DNA of 64,000 nucleotides, taken from the NCBI GenBank assembly GCA_038087875.1, contig CM075991.1, forward strand, positions 5,952,001-6,016,000, given 5' to 3'. Each line of letters starts with the position of its first letter. Position 1 is the stretch's first letter. This stretch comes from Malacoraja senta. Lineage: Eukaryota. The position numbers were made by a program, and so were the translations under genes. The notes beneath the pieces were generated by a model that was not told the DNA's origin, searched no databases, and worked only from the letters and a program-made list of their open reading frames with translations. This document shows positions 54,206-64,000 of this stretch, one piece after another.

Positions 54206-55538
54206 TGTTCCCCCACTCTGGGGCAAGAGAATCCCAGCGTCTACCCGATTTATTCCTCTCATGATTTTGTACACCTTTATAAGTACACCCCCTCATCCTC
54301 CTGCGCCCTAAGGAATAGACTCCCAGGCTGTTCAACCATATCCCGTTAAATTACATTAATTTCCATCAACCAGAGATGCTCCCCGATCCATTGAGTTACT
54401 CCAGCGCTTTGTCTCTTTGTTTGTCTTAAAAAGTATGTGATATTACATGCATCACTACCTCCTCTGGTAACACGTTCCATGTACCCACCGTCCTCGTTGT
54501 GACAAGATTAAAGCTCAGGTTCCAGTTAGATTTTGTCGCTGTGTCCTCATACCTATGTCCTCAGGTCCGTCATATCCCTGCTTTGGGTGAAATTCGCTGC
54601 GCATCCATCCTATCTCCCCCCCCCCCCCCCCCTCCTTACGATTTTATCACAGTCTGGTCATCTGATGCCACCCTCCACATCTGCCTCCTGGCACGTTTCG
54701 CTATAAACTTAGAGAATGCAAACTTGAAACTGCACCTCCTCCCTCATCACCGTCCAGGAACCAAAACATCTCTTCTCAGGCGAGGCGGAGACTCACGTGC
54801 ATCTCTCCCAACGTGCGTGTTTGTTCGTCGAACGTCAACCAATACAACACGGGAACAGGGTTTCGGCCCACAATGTCTGTGCCAAACACGATGCCTACAT
54901 ATTCCATTCCTTTCTGCCTACATGTGATCAACATCCATTTATTTCCTTCATACACATGCGCCCATCGAAAACATCTTAATAAAAATCAAGGCTGATCACA
55001 ACACTTGCCCCTGGCACCGGGTTCCAGACACCTAGCGCTCTTTTTGTCTGAGAAACTGGACCGATATTATTCCTTAACATTATCCCGTCCGACCATTATG
55101 CCCCACCTGCAAAAGACTGTCTTGGGCCTGCATGGTGATGTGTGAGGAGGGGCAGGGTCTCAGTATTGCAGTGTCTCTGTATGCAGAGGAAAGTACCAAG
55201 TGTCAGGAGGGGAGGGTTGGAGGGGATGAACAGATTTGTGAGTCAGGAAGAGTGTGGTCCCCGCGGAAAGCAGAAAGGGCAGGGGAGTGGGTGATTGGGC
55301 TGGGGATAAGATCCCATTGGAACTGACAGAGGTTGACAATGATGATGTGTTGCTTGTGGGGGTTTTGGGTTGAATGGTGGGACCAAAACTGCGCCGACCT
55401 TGTGAGTAGATAGGACACATGGATCTTAAGCTAAAGTTGAAAGGTCCGGTTCTCGAGGCCGGAGAATAACAGGCTGTCGGCGGTGCCATTGGGGAGGTTC
55501 CGCTCAGACACTGGGGAAAAGCAGCCTGATTGGGGATC

Positions 55539-57377
55539 ATGGTAGGCATCAAATTTAGCACAGACATTGAAGGGCGAAAGCCTGTTCCTGTGTGGTATTG
55601 GTCGATGCTAGATGGATGAACGCGCCAGGTTGGGGGAGATGCACGTGAGAAGACCTGTTTAGGACTCTGAACTTTGATGAGGGAAAGGTGCAGTTTAAAG
55701 TGATGCGTTCTCAAAGTTTGTAACGAAAGATGCCTGGGTCAGGTGGGGAGAGTGGGACGAGATGAGCAGAGATCTGAGTTAGGAAGAAAATTGGCCATGC
55801 GGGAAGCAGGAAGGGGTGCCCATGAGATGAGAAGATGTGGTTGGTGGTGAGATGGCCTTGGAACTGCCAGATGTGGAGAAGGATCAAGCACATAAATCTA
55901 GGAATGCAGGTCCACAATTCCCTGAAAGTGTTGTCAAATGTAGATGGTTAAACGTCGTGGGTTTTCGAATTATTGGACTTTTCATTCAGGTTATTGAGTA
56001 TAGAAGTTAGGATGTTATGTTTCAGTTCCACAACACTTTGATGAGACTGCGTTGGGTGTATTGTGTCCAGTTTTGGTCATCATTAGGTCATAGGAAGGAT
56101 GTCATGAAGCTGGAAAGATAGCAGAAAAATTTCGTAAGGACTTTGGCGGACACAAAGGCCTGAGTTATAAGGGAATGGTGAGCAGGTTAGGACTGTAGCT
56201 TGTGGAGCACAGGAGGCTGAAGGTGTGAACGTGCAGAGGTGTATACAATCATAAGAGGAATAGGATGGATACACAGAGGATTTTACCCAGAGAAGAAGTA
56301 TCAAGGACATAAGGAAAGTATCAAGGACATAAGGAAATATCAAATATTAAGGAAAGGGAGACAAAATCTAACACGAATCTTTTTCACACGAAGGGCGGTG
56401 CGTTTTATGGAACAAGCTGCCAGAGGTAGAAATTGAAGCAGGGACTATTGCAACGTGAAAAAATTATTCTGTGTGAAAAATGTTTCCTCATCTCCGTTCT
56501 AAATGGTTTATCCCTTATTCTTAAACTGTGCTCCCTGGTTCCGGACTCCCTGAACATCGGGAACGTGTTTCCTGCCTCTAGCGTGTCCTTTCCTGGCTCC
56601 TGCCCTTCCTGAACTCTACCTCGAGTTCCCTTATCAAATCCGGTTCATCACACAACACATCGTGTGGTGGGGAGTGGGTAGATCAGAGGAGGATCTGGTT
56701 GGTTTGCGCAAAACTAAAACTAACCATGAGCGGGTCACGGCGTCCTGCAGACGAAGTCTCCATCAGAGCCGATTGCCTGCCACTTTTTCAAGCTTACGTC
56801 CGCGCCCGGCTGTTCCCTTGAAAAAGAACACGCAGTGCCCACTGGCACCAGAGAGGCGATCCAGGGCGCCGAGAGGGACTGACTGTCACCTGGATCAAGA
56901 TTGTAACATCGTAATTTGATTTCTGTTTGTGATCTTTGACCGTCTCATGATATGGAGGTCGGTGTTTTGTTACCGACCTCCATAACAAGGTATGCATAGA
57001 TACTTCTGTACATAGCTGGATATATTTAATGTTACCCGGTACCGTTTCACCCGGGAGCTGTTGTGGGAACCCGGGTGAAACGCTGCCGTGCAGCCAAGTG
57101 CCAGGTCCGGGTCAGTACACACCTGGACGGACCCTGGCTCTTCCCAGTGGTCTGAATGGCTCGTTTCCAGGGTGCGTTTATATTGAGCCAACACCACGAT
57201 CCTGCCACCCCCTCGGGTCACTTCACTCCCCGAAGGGACACTGACCACCCGCTGTCTTTGTCACCGACAGCTAACTGACACAAACGACGGAACGACTCAT
57301 CAATTCGGAGAAAATTGGAAGAACACTAACTGCTGGCTGTGCGTGTGTGCGCGCACGGGTTATAAATGCTGCGAACG
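55539..57377 (+). pseudogene. MSMB-like pseudogene F: exon 1 (ATG 55539-55541) and damaged exon 3 (57271-57377); exons 2 and 4 not found
   Basis: Exon 3 is 11 nt short at its 5' end (first Cys lost, frameshift): DTNDGTTHQFGENWKNTNCWLCVCARTGYKCCER|gtaagt; intron 2 homology 56660-57270. Confidence 0.85.
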
Positions 57378-58124
57378 GTAAGTCATCCGCCTTTTAACTC
57401 ACAGGATCTGACCGCGACGGTTGAACCTGCACGCATGGGTTGGGTTGGCGTCGCAGATGCCAGGGTGTGAGCCGTGTCGATTGGCGAGGGGTTGAGAATT
57501 GACGCGCATAGTAGACGGAATGGTCCTGACCACGGGCTCTCTACATCAATGTACCAAATCCCGATACACGGGGAAGCTTCGGCCGGGATCTGATTCTGGG
57601 TGGTGATCATTGGGGAGGGCTTGGCGGAGGTAGGGAGGGAGGGAGAGACAGAGGGAAGGAGGGAAGAGATTACATGAAGGACTGTAAAGGGCGTCGCAGC
57701 AAACCTTAGATTCACACGGCACGGGCCCATCAGTGCGCTGGGTCAGGCCGCATCTCTGGAAAACATATAAGTGGACATTTCTAGATGTGACCCATCGTCC
57801 GAGTGACCGCATCTCCGGCCGCTCTCAGGCCGGGTCCACCGACTGTAACCGGCTCGGTAATTCGCTTGCGCTTGCTCATCAGAGCTGCTGCCTGACCCGC
57901 ATAGTCACTCCAGCATTTTATATCCTTTCAAAAAAAAATTCCCAACCAGTTTTTAAAAAGTCTCCAAACATTCCCGTCAGTTTCCTCGACTGCTTTAAAC
58001 ACAGGGCAAACTGCAATGGCAAATTCATCACCCTTGTAGTTAGAGCACACGAAGGAAACTCACGTGGTGGCAGGAAAATTGCAATCTCCACACAGACAGT
58101 AACTGAGGTCAGAATTATTCAACA

Positions 58125-58391
<267 letters not shown>

Positions 58392-58529
58392 ATGTGGCGT
58401 TGGAGAGGGGGCAGAGATCCCGTTGAAGCTGACAGGGGTGGAGATGATGTGCTGGTTGTGGGCTCTATTGGGATGAAAGTTACCGCAGTTCTGAGTAGAT
58501 AGAACACATGCAGCGAAACGGGTTGTGTC

Positions 58530-58870
58530 CGTGAAGTTGAAAGACCAGTTCTCGAGACTGGAGAATAAAGGGCTGCAGGCGCTGCCATCCGGGCGGAGGT
58601 TGTCCGCTCATACAATACGGATCAGGTGTTACTTGGCCTTCAGTCAACTGGACATTACCCCCCCCCCCCCCCCAGAGCTACAGTTACCGTGACCAGACTG
58701 CTTGGGAGATCAAGGGTACATATGAATGGGCCAGCTTGGTCTTGTGTAGATAGATCAGCGAAGCTTTGAATCGGGGATCTTCCACCCCCCCCCCCCCCCC
58801 AAAGGTGACGGTGACAGGTACATGTTGCAGCGTTAGTTACTTGACCACGTCGCTCATCGACCTCGGTCTC
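58530..58870 (+). pseudogene. Relic MSMB-like promoter/exon 1/intron 1 (ATG>AAG), truncated before exon 2
   Basis: gttgaaagaccagttctcgag..gggagatcAAGggtacata..catgttgcagcgttagttacttgaccacgtcgctc matches the exon 1/intron 1 regions of the paralogs. Confidence 0.7.
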
Positions 58871-59453
58871 TTATAAGTCCCGTTATAATTAGATTCATAG
58901 AGTGATACTGTGTGCAAACAGGCCATTCGGCCCAACATTCCCACACCGGCCAACATGTCCCAGTCACACTTGTCCCACGTGCCTGCGTTTTGTCCATATC
59001 ACTCCAAAATTGTCTGCTGGGCCTGCATGTTTAACTTAAGACGAGTGAGTGAGCGGCCGAAACAATGGCAAGTGCAGCTTAATATGGGAATTGTGAGCTT
59101 ATGTATTTTTTGGTCAGGTGCATGCAACGGCAGACAATCATTTAATTAAAATCATAGACAGATGAGCAAATTGAGTGGGATCCCTACGTCCATAAATTGC
59201 CAAACTTTAGTACAACAAGAGTTGAAGAAGATAAACGGCATGTTGACAGATTTTCCAAGGAAGTTGGAGTTTAGAAATGGGAGGTATAAGAACAATTGCA
59301 CATAATATCTGGAATATTGTACAGAGTTTTGGTTGCATTATTCAAGGAGGAATATCCTGACTGGACGAGATTTCTCCAGAAAAGATTGCTCCATTACGAG
59401 CAACTAAAGGTATCTCTAGGGTCATTATGGGAATCTAATATCTTTAGTGGGCA

Positions 59454-59980
59454 CTAGACCAGGTGCGGACCCGTTGGGCCTGTTCCGCAACGCAATATTC
59501 CAACACCGACCCATAGCCCCCATATGCACAGGCGCGGCTGACGGGTTCCTGTTGTGACGCCAGGGATCCCCGTTGTGAAGCGAGTCACGGCAACCCCCAC
59601 CCCCCTTCCCCCATCCCGGCCAACTGCAAGTGGGAGCGCGACTGCGACGTTTTTAAAGTTCAAAATGGCAATAATTTGTAAGATATAAGATCAACCTGAA
59701 CGATTCTTCAGTCCCCTATTCCGCTCTTCCATCATCCTCCTTCTGCCCACCCTCCACCAACCCTCCTCTGCTTCCGCCTCTCACACCCTCCCTCCCCTCC
59801 TCCTTCTCCCCCTCCCCTCCTCCATTACCTCGTCATCCCTCTTCCTTCCTCTATCCTCCCCCATTCACCATCATCACTCAGCACTCTTCTTCACCCTCCC
59901 TTTTATTTCCCCTCTGCTCCTTCCCTCCCCCATTCCCTCCCTCACTTCTCCCTCCCTCTCTTTCCCCCTATCCTCAGTCA
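59454..59980 (-). mobile_element. Possible non-autonomous Helitron 3' end
   Basis: Minus strand ends GGCCC-AAC-GGGTC hairpin, short spacer, CTAG|T; the other boundary is uncertain. Confidence 0.4.
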
Positions 59981-60408
59981 CTGGAAGAGGAGAGGGCAGA
60001 ACAAAGCGTAACTTGTAGCAGCAGCAATTACAGATAGAGAGTGAGAGATGAGAGGTGTTCGCACAATAGCATTAAAGACATTTGGACATGACCGTGGATA
60101 GGAAACGTTTAGACGGACTTGGGCTAAACACTTGAAGGTGGGACTAGCGTAGATATAGTATGTTATTAGGCATGGCAAGTTTCGGTGCTTTATGACTTTA
60201 AGGATAATATGGTGGTTGCGGAGACCAGTGAAGTGGAAGGTTGGGCCAGCGAAACTCCACCTCCTTTCAGAATGGATAGGACACAGGCAGCGTACGCGAA
60301 GGTTGGAAAGCAGATTCTCGAGTGCGGAGAATGAAGTCTGCAGGCGGTGGCAGCGGGACAGAGGCTGTCCGCTCATTCACTAGGGCGAATCGGTCTGGTT
60401 CGGAGATC

Positions 60409-62199
60409 ATGGTACATACGGATCAGCTTTGTGCACCTGACTGTTGCTTGGTTTTCAACAAACAACCCAACGCGGCTTTGAGTTGCTGCACAGCAGCCTT
60501 CCGAGGTGACAGTGTCAGGGATATGTTGCAGTGTTAGGTACTTGACCACGTCGCCTGTCAAGGTCTCTCTCTCTTTCCCTTTCTCTCCGCAGAAACACCT
60601 ACCGTGCATCGCTCTGCTGCTTCTCGGGGCTCAGCTGTCGGAATCCGCCTGCTTCTTTCAGCCACAGAACACAGACGGTAATCTATCGATGTGATTCTCT
60701 CTCTCGAATCCAACAGTGAGACTCGGCCGACAGCAGGGACTGAGCAGCGTCATTATTCCCATGGATGGCGCTACGCTAAGGCTGGTCACCCTTGGCTCCC
60801 CGCCTGCTCCTCGGTCGGGCAGGAGCCTGAGGGTGGTGCAGGTTGATGCCCCGACCAATCCCCAGCTTAAAGCGTGCTCCTCTGCCGCACTTCAGCTGAA
60901 GCACTATACCTTCTCCACGGTTGGAGTGAAGGATCTCCTCAGAATGAAGGATCTCCTCAGAATGAAGACCAATATTTGACCCTCAACTGTTGTTGATAGA
61001 ACTGGTCATCAGAGGCTAATCACTGTGCTCTGTGGGATCATGCCGTGTAATCAATGGAAGCCACGCTCCCTACAACAATGGCGACACCTCATTGGCCGCG
61101 AAACGGATTTTGCCTGGTTCATCCCAAACCATTGACTGGTCCCGGCACCCACAGCCTGGATGGATATTGGAGATCCCAGTGGGCCAGGGTTCTCACTGTA
61201 ACCAGGGGCGCGGCGAATCCTTCGTGATAGACACAAAATGCTGGTGTAACTCAGCGGCTCAGGCAGCATCTCTGCAGAAATGGTTCGTGTCAAGACCCTT
61301 CTTCAGACCTGATCCGCTGACCCGCAGTGTCACTCCACCATTTTGTGTCAATCTTCAGTGTAAACCGGTATCTGCAGTTTCTTCCGACACAATTATGGAG
61401 CGAGCTACTTGAATGAGCTGCCCCTTGATTTATGGCTCCGCTTCAGACCCACCATACTAATCTTTGTGCACCCAGTGCGAAGTGGGTAGATTAGCGGAGG
61501 ATCTGGTTGGTTTGCCACTGGGCCTGGCCACGGCTCACGGCGCCAGGCAGACGAGGACTCCACCAGAGCCGACTGACTGCACCTTTGACGAGCTTAGGTC
61601 CGCGACTAGATGTCCCTTGTGAAAGAAAAAAACAGTGTTCACTGGCACAGGGAGGCGTTCCAGAAATGATGGGCGCCTCGAGGGACTGACTGTCTCCTGG
61701 TTCAGGATTGTAACATAGTAATTTAATAGTAGGTTGTGATCTTTTGACAGTGATGTTATGGCGGTGGGTGTTTGGTATAATTCCATGCATAAATACTTCT
61801 GTAGAGAGCTGAATACGTTCTTTTAATTTAAAACTATATGGAGTGAGCGCTGGGTGTTGGTTCAGGCGCAGTTGTCGGAAGCTGGGTGAAACGGGACCGT
61901 GCAGCCAAGTGCCAGGTCCGGGTCAGTACACACGGGGACACACGCTGGCTCTTCCCAATGGTCAGAATGGCTAATTTCCAGGGTGCGTTTGTACTGAGTC
62001 AACACCAGTGCCCCGCCACCCCCTCGGGTCACTCCACTACCTGACGGGACATTGACCACCCGCTGTCTTTGTCACCAACAGGTAGGGGCACATGCTTTGA
62101 CCTAAACGACGGAACATATCATCAATTCGGAGAAGGTTGGTTTAGTACCAACTGCTGGGAGTGCGTGTGTGCGCGCGGGGGCTATAATTGCTGCGAACG
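60409..62199 (+). CDS. MSMB-like: Beta-microseminoprotein-like gene G, partial; exons 60409-60411, 60593-60677, 62082-62199; exon 4 presumably beyond the window
   Basis: MKHLPCIALLLLGAQLSESACFFQPQNTDGRGTCFDLNDGTYHQFGEGWFSTNCWECVCARGGYNCCER; GT-AG sites, but the exon 1 donor (gtacat) is weak. Confidence 0.85.
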
Positions 62200-62609
62200 G
62201 TAAGTAATCATCCGCCGTTTAGCTCACAGAATCTGACCTCGACGGCTGAACTGGCGTCGCAGGGCTCAAGGGGGTATCGCCGATGCCGTGGTTTGAACCG
62301 TGTAACTGGCGATGGGTTGGGAATTGACGGCAACAGTAGACGGAACGGCCAGGCCATCGGCTCTCTCCATGTCTGTACCAAACCTGATACACGGGGAAAT
62401 TCGCCCGGGATCTGGTTCTGTGTGGTGATCGGCGGGGAAGGCTTGGCGGAGGGAGGGAGTGAGGGAGAGAGGGGGGGGGAGGGAAGGGGTTGCATGAAGG
62501 ACTTCAAAGTGCAGTCGAAGCAAATCACAGGGTCACGCAGCACTGACACGGGGCCTTCATTGCACTGGGTCACGCCGCATCTCCGGAGAACATGGATAAG
62601 TGACTTCTC

Positions 62610-63548
62610 AGGCTCGGTGCTGGAACCGCAGCTATTTACAATATACATTGATGATTTAGATGAGGGGTTTGGTGGAAACATTAGCAAATTTGCGGATGAC
62701 ACAAAGCTGTGTGCCAGTGTGATCTGTGACGAGGATGCTCTGATGATGCAGGGTGACTTGCAGGTTGGGTGAGTGGGCAGATGCATGGCAGATGCAGTTT
62801 AATGTGGATAAATGTGAGCTTATCCACTTTGCTGGCATAAAAACGGGAAGGCAAATTATTATCTGAATGGTGTCATGTTAGGAAAAGGGTAAGTACAACG
62901 AGATCTGGGTGTCCTTGTTCATCAGTTCACCAGTCACTGAAGGTAAGCATGCAGGTACCGCAGGCAGTGAAAAAAGCTAATGGCATGTTGGCCTTCATAA
63001 CAAGAGGAGTTGAGTATAGGAGCAAAGAAGTCCTTCAACAGTTGTACAGGGCCTTAATGAGACAATATCGTGTGCAATTTTGGTCTCCAAGTCTGAGGAA
63101 GGACACTCTTGCTACCGAGGGAGTGCAGCGTAGGTTCATGAGCTTAATTCCCGGGATGGCTGGACTGTCATATATTGAAAGAATGGAGCGACTGGACTTG
63201 TATACACTGGAATTTAGAAGGATGAGAGGGCATCGTAATGAAACATGGAAGATTATTAAGGGATTGGACACTCCAGAGGCACGTTCCCGATGTTGGAGGA
63301 GTCCAGAACCAGGGGCCACAGTTTAAGATTATGGGGTAGACAATTTAGAACGGAGATGAGGAACAGCTTTTTCGTCCAGAGAGTTGTGAATCTGTGGAAT
63401 TCTCTGCCTCAGATGGCAGTGGAGGCCAATTCACTGGATGCTTTCAAGAGAGAGTTAGATAGAGCTCTTAACGATAGTGGAGTCAAGGCAGGTGCTGGCT
63501 CGAGGGGCAGAATGGCCTACTCCTGCATCTATTGTCTATTGTGTATTG
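62610..63548 (+). mobile_element. CR1 LINE 3' fragment in intron 3 of gene G (absent from the paralogous site in F)
   Basis: [25 protein letters not shown]; flanks match contiguous sequence at ~57750-57850. Confidence 0.9.
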
Positions 63549-63809
63549 TCCGAGTGACCGCATCTCCGGCCGCTCCCAGGCTGGGTCCACTGACTGCGAT
63601 CGACTCGAACACTCCAGAGCTGCTACCTGGCCCGCTGAGTTGCTTCAGTACTTTGTGTCCTTTTTTTAAATTCTTCAGACGCCTGAACTCTGGGGACAAA
63701 CTGCATTGGCAAATTCATCACCAATGTGCGGTCCTGGCACTTGGATGGAACGTACGTTGTAGCGGGTTAACAATTGCTAACCTCCACGCGAGGTTAGGAT
63801 TATTCTGCA

Positions 63810-63948
<139 letters not shown>

Positions 63949-64000
63949 TGGTGTTCACCGCGCTACCTCAGACCATGCATTATTCCTGCATCATTCTACC

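Overview
Eukaryotic, repeat-rich genomic DNA. The CR1, Tx1 and Penelope repeat types and a GPR139-like fragment suggest a cartilaginous fish, probably a skate or ray (inference). About 1-24 kb is a nest of retroelements: CR1 LINEs, Gypsy fragments, a DIRS1 tyrosine-recombinase retrotransposon carrying a full-length L1, and two inverted copies of a decayed class-I fusion (env/F-like) gene, one followed by a PPT and LTR start. About 24.5-64 kb is a tandem cluster of four-exon beta-microseminoprotein (MSMB/PSP94/SSP)-like genes that the ORF track misses because the exons are tiny (ATG-only exon 1; 85, 118 or 136, and 130 nt). I assembled four intact genes (A+, B+, C-, D-), one probably impaired gene with three tandem terminal exons (E-), one pseudogene (F+), orphan exon-1 copies, and a gene running off the window end (G+). 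The complete genes keep the 10-Cys PSP94 framework while the inter-cysteine residues and net charge have diverged strongly.
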